A DNA stretch of 64,000 nucleotides from Candidatus Eiseniibacteriota bacterium. GTDB taxonomy: Bacteria; Eisenbacteria; RBG-16-71-46. How positions within the stretch are numbered: position 1 is the first letter of the stretch; every line of letters starts with the position of its first letter. A program made the translations under genes and the position numbers. Location: the NCBI GenBank assembly GCA_044223005.1, contig JBGAML010000007.1, positions 1-64,000 on the forward strand. Direction: 5' to 3'. Positions 39,397 through 49,832 of this stretch are shown here, one piece after another. Under the pieces are notes generated by a model. That model saw only the letters and a program-made list of their open reading frames with translations. It did not search any database and was not told the DNA's origin.

Positions 39397-40652
39397 TGAC
39401 GCGCGCGCGCATCGCTCTCGGAGTGCTCGCGCTGCTCGCCTGCTGCGTGGTGACGCCGTTCGCGGCGCCCGCGAAGAAGGCCACGCCCGCGAAGCCGGCC
39501 AAGGCCGCTGCCGTCAACGACTCGGACGTCGTGCTGGTGCGCATCGGGAAGGAAGCGATCACGCGCCGCACGCTCAACGACCGGCTCCAGGAAATCCCCG
39601 AGCAGTACCGGACCAACTACCAGACGCCCGACGGGCGCCTGCAGCTCCTGCAGCGGCTGATCGAGGAGCGCGTGTGGATGAACGATGCCCAGTCGCACGA
39701 TGTGCAGGGGCGTCCGGACATCCAGCGGCAGCTCGAGGCGCAGCGCCGTGACCTGCTGATCCGCACCTGGGTCAACGAGCAGATGTCGACGTCGCCGGCG
39801 CCGAGCGACTCGGAAGGGATGGCCTACTACCAGTCGCATCTCGAGGACTTCCGCACGCCCGCGAGCGTGGCCCTGAGCCACATCCAGGTGAAGACCGAGC
39901 TCGAGGGCAAGAAAGTGCTCGCGCTCGCGAACGCCAAGGGCGCCGACTGGAAGAAGCTCGTCACGCAGTACTCGACCGACACGCTCACGCGCGCCAACGG
40001 CGGCAACCTCGGGACCGTGACGAAGGACGGCAACTTCGTCGCGCTCGGGACGCTGCCCGCGCTCGCGGAGACGGCGCTCGCGCTGCCCGAAGGCGCGATC
40101 CGTGGCCCGTACAAGACGCCCAAGGGCTGGAGCGTGCTCAAGATCGACGCGCATCACGACGAGGCCACGCGCACGTTCGACCAGGTGCGCAGCTTCGTGA
40201 CGCGCACGATCAGCCAGCAGCGCCAGAGCACGTTCTACCAGGACCTGCTCGGCAAGGCGCGCGCGCGCGTCGGCGTGACGCCGGACTCGGCGGCCATCAA
40301 GGGCTTCCTGTCCGCGACCAAGACCGCCCGCGAGATGTTCCAGGACGCGCAGACGGCCGGCGCGCCGCAGCTCAAGATCGACGGCTACCGCAAGGTGGTC
40401 GAGCTCTACCCGGACGCCGACATCGCGCCCCAGGCGCAGTTCATGGTCGGGTTCGTGAACAGCGAGGAGCTCAAGAACTTCGAGGAGGCCGAGAAGGCCT
40501 TCAAGGAGCTCCTCGTGAAGTACCCGAAGTCCGAACTGGCCGCCTCCGCGCAGTGGATGATCGACCACATGCGCACCGAAGACGCGCCGAGCTTCCCGGG
40601 TGCGGATTCGCTCGCGGCCGCACCGGCGAACGGGAAGACCACGAAGAGGTAG
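39393..40652 (+). CDS. Exported PpiC/parvulin-type peptidyl-prolyl isomerase with C-terminal TPR-like region
   Basis: Signal peptide; LSHIQV, YSTD...NGGNLG, GPYKTPKGW; YP...APQAQF...YPKSELA. Confidence 0.85.
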   Translation: MMTRARIALGVLALLACCVVTPFAAPAKKATPAKPAKAAAVNDSDVVLVRIGKEAITRRTLNDRLQEIPEQYRTNYQTPDGRLQLLQRLIEERVWMNDAQSHDVQGRPDIQRQLEAQRRDLLIRTWVNEQMSTSPAPSDSEGMAYYQSHLEDFRTPASVALSHIQVKTELEGKKVLALANAKGADWKKLVTQYSTDTLTRANGGNLGTVTKDGNFVALGTLPALAETALALPEGAIRGPYKTPKGWSVLKIDAHHDEATRTFDQVRSFVTRTISQQRQSTFYQDLLGKARARVGVTPDSAAIKGFLSATKTAREMFQDAQTAGAPQLKIDGYRKVVELYPDADIAPQAQFMVGFVNSEELKNFEEAEKAFKELLVKYPKSELAASAQWMIDHMRTEDAPSFPGADSLAAAPANGKTTKR

Positions 40653-40653
40653 C

Positions 40654-41178
40654 GTGAAGATCCTGGAGGTCCGCGTCCAGGGGCTCGTGTTCGACCAGAA
40701 GCAGCAGCAGCACGTCGTCGTGCTGCGCGAGGCGGAAGGCGAACGCGTGCTGCCCATCTGGATCGGACCGGCGGAGGCGCTGGCGATCCAGCGGTTGCTG
40801 AGCGGGCAGGCGTTCCCTCGCCCGCTCACGCACGATCTCTTCGCGCTCGTGGTCGAAGGCCTGAAGGCGCGCGTCACGCGCGTCGTGATCGTCGAGATGC
40901 GCGAGGGCACGTTCTACGCGTCGCTCATGATCGAGCGCGAGAAGAGCGTGCTCTCGGTGGACGCCCGGCCCTCGGATTCGATCGCCATCGCGCTGCGCAC
41001 GCAGGCGCCGGTGTTCGTGAACGAGGACCTGCTGCAGCCGCCGCCGAGCGAGGAGGCCGGCCTCGAGCCGCCTCCGTCGCCGCCGTCGGAACCGCCCAGC
41101 GAGGAAGACAAGGCCGAGCAGTTGCGGCGCTTCCTCGAGAAGCTCAATCCGGAAGACTTCGGCAAGTTCCAGATGTGA
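40654..41178 (+). CDS. Bifunctional nuclease family (DUF151) protein
   Basis: LPIWIGPAEA, RPLTHDL, FYA, DARPSDSIAIA, FLEKLNPEDF. Confidence 0.92.
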   Translation: MKILEVRVQGLVFDQKQQQHVVVLREAEGERVLPIWIGPAEALAIQRLLSGQAFPRPLTHDLFALVVEGLKARVTRVVIVEMREGTFYASLMIEREKSVLSVDARPSDSIAIALRTQAPVFVNEDLLQPPPSEEAGLEPPPSPPSEPPSEEDKAEQLRRFLEKLNPEDFGKFQM

Positions 41179-42611
41179 GGCCCGCCCTGCGCCCACCCCT
41201 CGGCGCCCGCGTTCCCCTGCCGCGGCCGCTCGTCCCATTGTTCCTGGCCGCCACGCTCGCGTTCGCCGCGAACGCGGGTGCGGCCGCGCCGCCGCCGGCC
41301 ACCGCGCTCGCGGCCGACGCGCTCGTCGGCACGCGCGGCCCCGACCGGGACGCGCGCCTCGACGCGTGGATGCGCACCGCGTCGTTCGACGACCTGCTCT
41401 GGCTGCTGCGCCGCGACCCCGCGGAACTGGGGCCGCTCGAGGCGCGCCTCGCCGACGCCGCGCTCAGGAAGGCGCCCGCGGCGCGCATGGACCTGCGCCG
41501 CCGGCTCGAAGCCCGGCGGCTGCTCGCCGATCCGGCCGCGCTGCGCAAGGCCGGGCGGGACGCCGCCGAACTCGAAGCGATGCGGCCGCGCGCCAGCGCG
41601 TGGCGCGTCGCCGCGCTGCTGCCCGACCAGGGCGACTACGCGAGCTACGGCGCCGAGGTGCGCGCGGGCCTCGCCGTGGGGCTGTCGTCCGGGCGACCCG
41701 CCGGCGCGCGGCCGATCGCGCTCGACGTTCACGCGACGGGCGAGGGCGATCCCGCGCGCGGCGCCGCCGCGCTCGATACCGCCTCGCGCGCGTGCGCCGT
41801 CGTGGTCGGCGAACTGCTGAGCGTGCCCACGCTGCCGCTGGCCGCGGCGACGCGCGTGCTCGGCATGCCGCTCGTCTCGCCGACCGCGACCGACGAGTCG
41901 ATCGGCCGCATGGGGCCGCTGGTGTTCCAGTGCGGGCCATCGGGCGAGCGCCGCGCGGCCCGGCTCGCGGCCGCCGTGCTCGCCGCCCGCGGCAAGCGAG
42001 TGGGCATCGTCGTCTCGGGCGCCGCGGACGAATCGCCCTTCGCGCACGCGTTCCCCGCGGCGGCGGAATCACTCGGCGCGACGATCGTGCGGCGGGAACG
42101 CTACGCGCCCGGCACGATCGACTTCCGCCCGATCGTGAAGTCGCTCTCGGCCGCGGGCGCGGAGGTCGTGTTCTGGGACGGCGAGAGCCGCGAGGCCGAC
42201 GCGCTCGTGCGCGAACTGGCGGCCGAAGGCGTGAAGGCGCGTCTCTGCGGTGGCACGGCGCTTTCGCCCGAGCGTTTCCACGCGCCCGCGCGCACGTTGC
42301 TCGAGGGCGTCGCGTTCGTCGCCGACGAGTGGCGGCTGCCCGCCTCGGTGCGGGCCGACTCGGCGTCGGCGCACGGCGGCGACCCGGGGCCGCTCTGGAC
42401 ACGCGGCTGGCTCGCGGGCCGGCGCATCGCGGCTGCTGTGGACGCGGGCGCACGCACGCCCGCGGAGCTCGGGGCGCGCCTGCGCGGACGCGATCCCGTG
42501 GACCGCGATCTCGGGTTCCTCGACGCCGCGGCCGAAGGCGCGGACCTGCCCGTGTTCACGATCGTGCGCGGCCGCGCGGTCGAGCCGCCCGCCGCCGGCT
42601 CCGCTCAGTAG
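41175..42611 (+). CDS. Periplasmic-binding-protein type 1 fold (LppC/LpoA-like) exported protein
   Basis: VAALLPDQGDYASYG, VVVGELLS, PLVSPTA, ERYAPGTIDF. Confidence 0.7.
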   Translation: MRPALRPPLGARVPLPRPLVPLFLAATLAFAANAGAAAPPPATALAADALVGTRGPDRDARLDAWMRTASFDDLLWLLRRDPAELGPLEARLADAALRKAPAARMDLRRRLEARRLLADPAALRKAGRDAAELEAMRPRASAWRVAALLPDQGDYASYGAEVRAGLAVGLSSGRPAGARPIALDVHATGEGDPARGAAALDTASRACAVVVGELLSVPTLPLAAATRVLGMPLVSPTATDESIGRMGPLVFQCGPSGERRAARLAAAVLAARGKRVGIVVSGAADESPFAHAFPAAAESLGATIVRRERYAPGTIDFRPIVKSLSAAGAEVVFWDGESREADALVRELAAEGVKARLCGGTALSPERFHAPARTLLEGVAFVADEWRLPASVRADSASAHGGDPGPLWTRGWLAGRRIAAAVDAGARTPAELGARLRGRDPVDRDLGFLDAAAEGADLPVFTIVRGRAVEPPAAGSAQ

Positions 42612-43285
42612 AGCGAGAAGTTCACGCGGAAGTACGCCCACACCGGCTGGGGCGTGCCCTGCGTCAGCCGGTACGGGCGATAGCGGCACTGCAGCGCCGC
42701 CGAGGTCGCCGCGTTCTCGAGGAGCGGCTCGTGCGTACCGCCGAGGATGTGCACCTCGCGCACCGCGCCGGTCGTGTCCACGAGCGCCACGAGCTCGACC
42801 AGGCCTTCGATGTCGGCGTCGCGTGCGGCCTCGGGGTACTCGGGGCGCACGAGCCGCTCGGCGACCAGGTCCTCGGAGCGCACGACCGGGCCCTCGAGTG
42901 CCAGCGCGCGCATGCGCGCGAGCAGGTTCGCCTCGTCGTCGCCGGGACCGATGCCGCGCCGCGCGGCCGCGGGCTTCGTGCCCTCGTCGCTCGTTTTCGC
43001 GCGCGTGGTGCCGCCGCCCGCCCGCATCTCGACCGGGACCAGGTTCTGGAGATTGGCGCCGGGCTGCTCGTTCTCGGCGACCATCTCGAGCAGGATGCGG
43101 CGCACGTACTGGTCGGGCCCCTCGAAGCCGAAGCGCTTGGGGTCGTTGAGCGTGGAGACGGCCGCGGGGTGCCGGAGCACGAGCTCGACGAGCAGCACCG
43201 CGACGGAGACCGCCACGCCGAAACGGGCCATGCGCGTGCGGTCGCGCGAAAGCGTCTCGAAATAACCGTCGATGCCGTGGGGCAT
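42605..43285 (-). CDS. TonB C-terminal domain protein
   Basis: N-terminal TM; PEYPEAARDADIEGLVEL...VDTTGAV...AALQCRYRP. Confidence 0.82.
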   Translation of the reverse strand: MPHGIDGYFETLSRDRTRMARFGVAVSVAVLLVELVLRHPAAVSTLNDPKRFGFEGPDQYVRRILLEMVAENEQPGANLQNLVPVEMRAGGGTTRAKTSDEGTKPAAARRGIGPGDDEANLLARMRALALEGPVVRSEDLVAERLVRPEYPEAARDADIEGLVELVALVDTTGAVREVHILGGTHEPLLENAATSAALQCRYRPYRLTQGTPQPVWAYFRVNFSLY

Positions 43286-43324
43286 GGGCAAGCCGGGGTG
43301 AAAGGTTCTGGCGCGCCCGGCGGG

Positions 43325-45733
43325 TCAGCGCGTCCCCGTCAGGACGCGGCCGTGCTCGGAGTCTAGCAGAAGCGGGTGCGTGTCGAACGCCGGATCCGCG
43401 ACCTCGAGCGGCATCGGGCCGGCCTCGGTGCGCAGGAACCGCACGCGGCCGTCGGGCCCGGACTGCAGCAGCAGCCCGCCGCCGAAGCGCACCGGAACGC
43501 CCGGACGCGGCACGCCGGCCGCCGAGCGCAGCTCCAGCGAATCGCTCGTCCACGCGTTCGCCGCCTCGGGCGCGAACTCGGCCGCGAGCGAACAGAAGAG
43601 CGCGTACGCCTCGGCGCGCAGAGCGCCCGGTGCGAGCAGCCGCGCCTCGCCGGCGCGCGTGTCGACGCGTTCGAGCGAGGCATAGAGCGCCACCGCCGAG
43701 CTCTGCGTGAGCGGGTACTTCGTCGCCTCGGCCACCGGCAGCGAATCCGCAAGCCCGAGCGCCGCGCAGGCGCGTGCGAGCGATCCGCCCCAGCGCCGTC
43801 CGCCGCCGCTCGCGTAGTAGTGGCCCGCGACCGGCGGCGCGGCCGCGTGCCCGATGCGCAGGTAGCGCTCGGCGCCGAACGCTTCGCCCACCTGCACGCG
43901 CTCCATTTCCGAGACCGAGGCGTCGCTCGTGCGCGTGAGCGTCACCTGCGCGCCCGCCGCCTCGAGCATGCCCTGCAGCGCGCGCGCCACGTCGAGGTTC
44001 AAAGTCGACGCGCGCGTGCCCGACGGGCCCGTTCCCGCCGCGTCGTCGCCACCGCCCTCGGGGTCGAGCACGATGCGCCGGCCGACGAGCGCGCCGCTCG
44101 CGATCGCGGTCACGCGCGGCGGCCAAGCGGTGTCGGCGCCCCACGTGCGGAAACCGGCGAGTTGCGGCGTCGCGGCCCGCCCCGCAGGATCCGCGGGCAC
44201 CACCGCGACGCCGTCGCGGTCGAGCCACGCCAGCGCGGGCCGCGCCCCGGTGCTGCTCGGCGCGTCGCGCAGCGGCACATCCTCCGGCATGCGGTGCACG
44301 CGTCCCACGCGTACCGGCTCGCGCGGGATCGCGAGCGCGACCGGTACGCCGCGCCGCAGTGGCGTAGGAATCGCGACGGCCGTGTCGGACGCGAGCATCA
44401 CGCGCACGCGCAGCGAGTCCGGCCGCGCGCCACGCACGCGCAGCAGGAGCGGTGCGTGGCCGTCGCGCAGGACGAGCGTCGTCTCGCGCGGCGTCGCCCG
44501 CGAGGGCGCGAGCACGCGCAGCCGCGCACGCAGGGGCGCGGTGCACGGCAGGCCTTCGGCGTTGACCGCGCGGAGGTCCAGCGCGAGTGCACCGCCGTCG
44601 CGCGCGCCGTAGCCCGCCGCGGCCAGCGTCACGGCCGCGGGGACGCTGTGCACCGTGAACGCGCGCCGCAGGGTGCGGGCCGAGCCCTCGCCGGCGAGCC
44701 GCACCGCCAGCGTCGCCACGTGCGCTCCGTCCTCGAGCGGCCGCAGCGGCGCTCCGGCGAGCATGCCGCCGGGGACGACGGTCCCGGGCACTTCGGCGCC
44801 GTCCACGCGCAGCGTCGCGACGTCGAACGGGCCGCGCACGACGGCCTGCAGCCGCGGCCGTGGGCCCGTGTGCTCGCGGGCACGGCCCACGCCGTCGAGC
44901 ACGTCGAAGTGTTCCACCACCGGCGCGCGCCGCGCGAAGAACCGCGCGATCCCGAGGTAGAGCGCCTCGGCTTCGAGCAGGCGCGCCTCGGGCGTGCGCA
45001 GCTTCGCCTCGACGTCGGGGTTCGTGAGATGGCTCGCCTCGCTCAGCACCGCGGCCGCGTCGGTGCCGCGCACGACGGCGAAGTTGCCGGGCAGCAGCTT
45101 CTGCGTCGCGATCCCGACGTTGCGCGCGAGCGCGCGCTGCAGGTCGGTGGCCGCGTCGTAGGAAGGACCGTCGTCGCCGAGCTGCCAGTAGACTTGCGTC
45201 TCGTTGACGTCGTGCGCGCCGGACGGATCGGCGTTGTGGTGGATCGACACGAACAGGTCCGGCTGGAACGCGTTCGCGATCGCCGCGCGCTCGGCGAGGT
45301 CGGACTTGAGCGTGCTGTCGGAGCGCGTGAGGAAGTCGCGATCGCGGTCGCGCGTCAGCTTCACGAGTGCGCCCTGCGCGCGCAGGAGCGAATCGAGCGA
45401 CAGCGCGACGCCCAGGTTCACCTCAGCCTCGGTCGTCCCGCCGACGCCGATGCAGCCCCTGAACCAGCCGCCGTGACCGGGATCGAGCACGATCCGCCGG
45501 CCCCGCAGCACGCTCGCGTCCACCGCACCGAGCGAATCGCGCAGGCGGTCGTAGCCGGGCGCCGGCCGTGGGCGGGGACGCACCGCGGCCGCGGCGGGCG
45601 GCGCCGCGGGAGCGCCCGGAGGCGCGGGCGGCGCCACGCGCGGGCCACCGCACCCGGCGGCCGCCCACGCCAGCACGAGCGCGCACGAGACGCGCGCGCC
45701 GAGCCGGTGCATCCGTGCGACCGAGCCGAGCAT
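43325..45733 (-). CDS. Lipoprotein N-acetylmuramoyl-L-alanine amidase (Amidase_3) with a second degenerate amidase domain
   Basis: Lipobox AAAGC; IVLDPGHGG, EAEVNL, FVSIHHN, AVLSE; second copy IVLDPEGGG...LRIGH. Confidence 0.88.
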   Translation of the reverse strand: MLGSVARMHRLGARVSCALVLAWAAAGCGGPRVAPPAPPGAPAAPPAAAAVRPRPRPAPGYDRLRDSLGAVDASVLRGRRIVLDPGHGGWFRGCIGVGGTTEAEVNLGVALSLDSLLRAQGALVKLTRDRDRDFLTRSDSTLKSDLAERAAIANAFQPDLFVSIHHNADPSGAHDVNETQVYWQLGDDGPSYDAATDLQRALARNVGIATQKLLPGNFAVVRGTDAAAVLSEASHLTNPDVEAKLRTPEARLLEAEALYLGIARFFARRAPVVEHFDVLDGVGRAREHTGPRPRLQAVVRGPFDVATLRVDGAEVPGTVVPGGMLAGAPLRPLEDGAHVATLAVRLAGEGSARTLRRAFTVHSVPAAVTLAAAGYGARDGGALALDLRAVNAEGLPCTAPLRARLRVLAPSRATPRETTLVLRDGHAPLLLRVRGARPDSLRVRVMLASDTAVAIPTPLRRGVPVALAIPREPVRVGRVHRMPEDVPLRDAPSSTGARPALAWLDRDGVAVVPADPAGRAATPQLAGFRTWGADTAWPPRVTAIASGALVGRRIVLDPEGGGDDAAGTGPSGTRASTLNLDVARALQGMLEAAGAQVTLTRTSDASVSEMERVQVGEAFGAERYLRIGHAAAPPVAGHYYASGGGRRWGGSLARACAALGLADSLPVAEATKYPLTQSSAVALYASLERVDTRAGEARLLAPGALRAEAYALFCSLAAEFAPEAANAWTSDSLELRSAAGVPRPGVPVRFGGGLLLQSGPDGRVRFLRTEAGPMPLEVADPAFDTHPLLLDSEHGRVLTGTR

Positions 45734-45940
45734 GGCCGCAGGCTACACCGGCCCCGGACCCGCGCCAAACGGCGTCGCGAGAATGGCTTTGGGCCTTGAT
45801 CGGCGTGTCGCGGGCGTGATACCCGTTGCCATTCGGCTGTCCTGTTCGTTCCGGTCCCGCCCGCCGCGCGATCCCGCGCGTGCGTCGCGCCCCTCTGAGG
45901 AGGCGCGGAGGTTTCGACGCTTCGCACACGGAGGTCCGAC

Positions 45941-47155
45941 ATGACGTTCCGCTCCACTCGGTTCGCGCTCGCACTGCTCGGGTTCGCCCTCCTCGCGGCG
46001 CTCACGGGCTGCTCGTCCGGTGGCGGTGGCGGCAAGGCGGAGCTGGTGGTGGGCGAGTACGGCTCGCTGACCGGCAGCGACGCGACCTTCGGCCAGTCCA
46101 CCAAGATGGGCGTCGAACTCGCGCTCTCGGAACTGCAGGAGAAGGGCGGCAAGATCGGCGGCCTGCCGGTGCGCGTCGTCTCCGAGGACGACCAGGGCAA
46201 GGCCGAAGAGGCCGCCAACGCGGTTCAGAAGCTGCTGAACCAGGACCAGGTGATCACCGTGATCGGCGAGGTCGCTTCGTCGCGGAGCCTCGCGGCGGCT
46301 CCGATCTGCCAGCAGGCCGGCGTCCCGATGATCTCGCCGTCCTCGACCAATCCCAAGGTGACGCAGGTCGGCGACTACATCTTCCGCATGTGCTTCATCG
46401 ACCCGTTCCAGGGCACGGTGATGGCCAAGTTCGCCTCCGGCAGCCTCGGGCTCAAGAAGGTCGCGATCCTCAAGGACATCAAGAGCGACTACTCCGTGGG
46501 CCTGGCCGACTTCTTCTCGCAGGCCTTCACCGCCGCCGGCGGCACGGTCGTCGCCGAGCAGGGCTACCAGGCCGGCGACCAGGACTTCAGCTCGCAGCTC
46601 ACCGCGATCAAGGCGAAGGGCCCCGAGGCGATCTTCGTGCCCGGCTACTACACCGAGGTCGGCCTCATCGCCCGCAAGGCGCGCGAACTGGGCATCACGG
46701 TGCCCCTGCTGGGCGGTGACGGCTGGGAGAGCGAGCAGTTGATCGCGATCGGCGGCGACGCGCTGAACGGCTCGTACTACTCGAACCACTTCGCGGTCGA
46801 CAATCCCGATCCGCACCTGCAGCAGTTCCTGCAGAAGTTCAAGGCCAAGTTCGGCAAGGAGCCGGACGCGATCGCCGGCCTGGCGTACGACGCGGCCAAC
46901 GTGCTCTTCGGCAGCCTCGAGACGCTCGCCGCGCGCGACCCCGCGACGTTCGCGGGCCTGTCGGCCGCCAAGGCGAACTCGCCCGAGCGCAAGGCCGCGT
47001 GCGCGAAGCTCCGCGACCTGATCGCCGGCACGCAGGCCTACGCGGGCGTGACCGGGCAGATCACGCTGGACCAGGACCGCAACGCCACCAAGCCCGCGGT
47101 GGTGCTCGAGATCAAGGGCGGCAAGAAGGTCTACAACACGACCGTGAATCCGTAG
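45941..47155 (+). CDS. Branched-chain amino acid ABC transporter substrate-binding lipoprotein (LivJ/K type)
   Basis: Lipobox LTGC; SLTGSDATFG, IGEVASS, FRMCFID, GGDGW. Confidence 0.92.
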   Translation: MTFRSTRFALALLGFALLAALTGCSSGGGGGKAELVVGEYGSLTGSDATFGQSTKMGVELALSELQEKGGKIGGLPVRVVSEDDQGKAEEAANAVQKLLNQDQVITVIGEVASSRSLAAAPICQQAGVPMISPSSTNPKVTQVGDYIFRMCFIDPFQGTVMAKFASGSLGLKKVAILKDIKSDYSVGLADFFSQAFTAAGGTVVAEQGYQAGDQDFSSQLTAIKAKGPEAIFVPGYYTEVGLIARKARELGITVPLLGGDGWESEQLIAIGGDALNGSYYSNHFAVDNPDPHLQQFLQKFKAKFGKEPDAIAGLAYDAANVLFGSLETLAARDPATFAGLSAAKANSPERKAACAKLRDLIAGTQAYAGVTGQITLDQDRNATKPAVVLEIKGGKKVYNTTVNP

Positions 47156-47164
47156 CCGGCTCTC

Positions 47165-48067
47165 GTGACCGAGTTCCTGCAGCAGATCGTCAACGGGGTG
47201 ACGTGGGGGAGCGTGTACGCCCTGATCGCACTGGGCTACACGATGGTGTACGGCATCCTCCGCCTCATCAACTTCGCGCACGGCGACATCTACATGCTGG
47301 GCGCGTTCATCGGGCTCTACACCGCGCGCTTCCTGCGCGCCGGCGAGGACCCGAGCCCGGGACGGGCGCTGCTGGTGATGCTGGTCAGCATGATCGGCTG
47401 CGCGCTGGTCGGCCTGCTGATCGAGCGGTTCGCGTACAAGCCGGTGCGGAAGTCCTCGCGGCTGTCGGCGCTCATCACCGCGATCGGCGTCTCGCTTCTG
47501 CTCGAGAACGGCGGCGTGCTGCTGTTCGGCGCCGATCCCAAGTTCTTTCCCCAGGTCATTCCCTCGCGGAACATCCCGCTCGGGATGGGCGTCACGCTGA
47601 GCAACCAGCAGCTGATCCTGCTCGTCACCTCGCTCGTGCTCATGCTGCTCCTGCGGCTGCTCGTGACGAAGACCCGCGTCGGCAAGGCCATGCAGGCGGT
47701 CTCGCACAACCACACGGCTGCGGCGCTGATGGGCATCTCGGTGGACCGCATCATCACGATCACGTTCATGATCGGCTCCGCCCTCGCCGCCGCGGCCGGC
47801 GTGCTCGTGTCGCTGCAGACGCCCAAGCTCGAGCCGTACATGGGCATCATGCCGGGCCTGAAGGCCTTCGTCGCCGCGGTGTTGGGCGGCATCGGCAACA
47901 TCCCGGGTGCGGTGGTGGGCGGCATCGTGATGGGCGTCGCGGAGGCGCTGGTCAAGGGATCGCCGTTCTCGACCTACAGCGACGCGATCGCGTTCGTACT
48001 GCTGATCTTCATCCTGCTCGTGCGCCCGGCCGGCATCTTCGGCAAGGCCGTGACCGAGAAGGTGTGA
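47165..48067 (+). CDS. livH: Branched-chain amino acid ABC transporter permease
   Basis: YALIALGYTMVYGILRLINFAHG, KAFVAAVLGGIG. Confidence 0.95.
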   Translation: MTEFLQQIVNGVTWGSVYALIALGYTMVYGILRLINFAHGDIYMLGAFIGLYTARFLRAGEDPSPGRALLVMLVSMIGCALVGLLIERFAYKPVRKSSRLSALITAIGVSLLLENGGVLLFGADPKFFPQVIPSRNIPLGMGVTLSNQQLILLVTSLVLMLLLRLLVTKTRVGKAMQAVSHNHTAAALMGISVDRIITITFMIGSALAAAAGVLVSLQTPKLEPYMGIMPGLKAFVAAVLGGIGNIPGAVVGGIVMGVAEALVKGSPFSTYSDAIAFVLLIFILLVRPAGIFGKAVTEKV

Positions 48068-48069
48068 CG

Positions 48070-49056
48070 ATGAAGCGCCTGCTCGTGCCGGTGGTGGTCG
48101 TCGTGGCGCTCGCCGTGCTCAACACCGTGCTCCAGCGCGCGCTCAACCCCTACTATTTCCAGGTGCTGATGCTGGTCGGCATCAACATCATCCTCGCGGT
48201 GTCGCTGAACCTCGTGAACGGATTCACGGGCCAGTTCTCGATCGGCCACGCCGGCTTCATGGCGGTGGGCGGGTACGGCTCGGCGATGTTCACGCTCGGG
48301 GTGGGGCAGAAGCTCGCGACCGCGATGATCGGCATGCACGTACCCGAGGGGATCGCGCAGGGAATCGTGCTGCTGCTCGCGCTGCTGCTGGGCGGCGCGC
48401 TCGCGGCGGCGTTCGGGTGGTTCGTCGGGCTGCCGAGCCTGCGGCTGCGCGGCGACTACCTCGCGATCGTGACGCTGGGATTCGGCGAGATCATCCGCGT
48501 GCTGATCCTCAACATCGACGCCGTCGGTGGGCCGCGCGGGCTGCCCGGGATCCCGAAGTGGTCGAACTTCTTCTGGGTGTTCCTGAGCGTCGCCGCGGTG
48601 ATCGCGTTCTCGCGCAACCTCGCGCACAGCACGCACGGGCGCGCCCTGTTCGCGATCCGCGACGACGAGATCGCGGCCGAGGCCCTGGGCGTCGACACGA
48701 CGCAGTACAAGATCACGGCGTTCGTGTTCGGGGCGTTCTTCGCCGGCATCGCCGGCGGGCTGTTCGCGCACTACCTCGCGTACCTGAACCCGAACTCGTT
48801 CACGTTCCTCAAGAGCATCGAGATCATCGCCATGGTCGTGCTGGGCGGCATGGGCAGCGTCTCGGGCTCGGTGCTCGCGGCGATCGTGCTCACGCTGCTG
48901 CCCGAGGTGCTCCGCCCCGTGAAGGACTTCCGCATGGTGATCTACTCGCTCATGCTGATCGTCCTCATGATCACGCGGCCGCAGGGCCTGCTCGGCACGA
49001 GCGAGCTGTCGCTCTCGGGCCTCTTCCGCCGCCGCGCGCCGGGGAACGCGTCGTGA
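48070..49056 (+). CDS. livM: Branched-chain amino acid ABC transporter permease
   Basis: GQFSIGHAGF, LRLRGDYLAIVTLGFGEI, VVLGGMGS. Confidence 0.95.
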   Translation: MKRLLVPVVVVVALAVLNTVLQRALNPYYFQVLMLVGINIILAVSLNLVNGFTGQFSIGHAGFMAVGGYGSAMFTLGVGQKLATAMIGMHVPEGIAQGIVLLLALLLGGALAAAFGWFVGLPSLRLRGDYLAIVTLGFGEIIRVLILNIDAVGGPRGLPGIPKWSNFFWVFLSVAAVIAFSRNLAHSTHGRALFAIRDDEIAAEALGVDTTQYKITAFVFGAFFAGIAGGLFAHYLAYLNPNSFTFLKSIEIIAMVVLGGMGSVSGSVLAAIVLTLLPEVLRPVKDFRMVIYSLMLIVLMITRPQGLLGTSELSLSGLFRRRAPGNAS

Positions 49057-49832
49057 GCGCGCCGCTGCTGCAGCTCGAAAAGTGCACCATGCAGTTCGGG
49101 GGGCTCAAGGCCGTCTCCGAGCTCGAACTGGCGATCGCGCCCGGCGAACTGGTGGGCCTGATCGGCCCCAACGGCGCGGGCAAGACCACCGTCTTCAACA
49201 TCGTCACCGGCGTCTACACGCCCACGCGCGGCGCCGTGCGGTTCGACGGCAAGGTCGTCTCGGGCCAGCGCGCGAACCGCATCGCCTGCTGCGGCATCAC
49301 GCGCACGTTCCAGAACATCCGGCTCTTCCCGCGGCTCACCTGCCTCGACAACGTCGCCGTGGCCGCGCACCCGCACCGCAAGACCGGCGTCTGGGAGGCC
49401 GTGTTCCAGACGAACGGCTTCCTCGCCGACGAGGCGGCGCTGCGGCGGCAGGCGATGGAGAAGCTCGAGGTGCTCGGCCTCGCGGCGCACGCGAACGCAC
49501 TCGCGACCGAGTTGCCGTACGGCCAGCAGCGGCGGCTGGAGATCGCCCGCGCGCTCGCGGGCCAGCCGCGGCTGCTCCTGCTCGACGAGCCGGCCGCCGG
49601 CCTGAACCCGCAGGAGAGCGAAGAGCTCATGCGGTTGATCCAGGATGTGCGCCGGCGCTTCGGGCTCACGATCCTGCTGATCGAGCACGACATGAAGGTG
49701 GTCATGGGCATCTGCGAGCGGATCGCGGTGCTCGACTACGGGATCAAGATCGCCGAGGGCACTCCCGCCGAGATCCGCAGCGACGCGCGCGTGATCGAGG
49801 CCTACCTCGGCGAGGAGGCCGCGCACGCATGA
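49053..49832 (+). CDS. livG: Branched-chain amino acid ABC transporter ATPase
   Basis: GPNGAGKTT, RTFQNIRLF, LPYGQQRRLEIARAL, LLDEPAAG. Confidence 0.95.
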   Translation: MSAPLLQLEKCTMQFGGLKAVSELELAIAPGELVGLIGPNGAGKTTVFNIVTGVYTPTRGAVRFDGKVVSGQRANRIACCGITRTFQNIRLFPRLTCLDNVAVAAHPHRKTGVWEAVFQTNGFLADEAALRRQAMEKLEVLGLAAHANALATELPYGQQRRLEIARALAGQPRLLLLDEPAAGLNPQESEELMRLIQDVRRRFGLTILLIEHDMKVVMGICERIAVLDYGIKIAEGTPAEIRSDARVIEAYLGEEAAHA

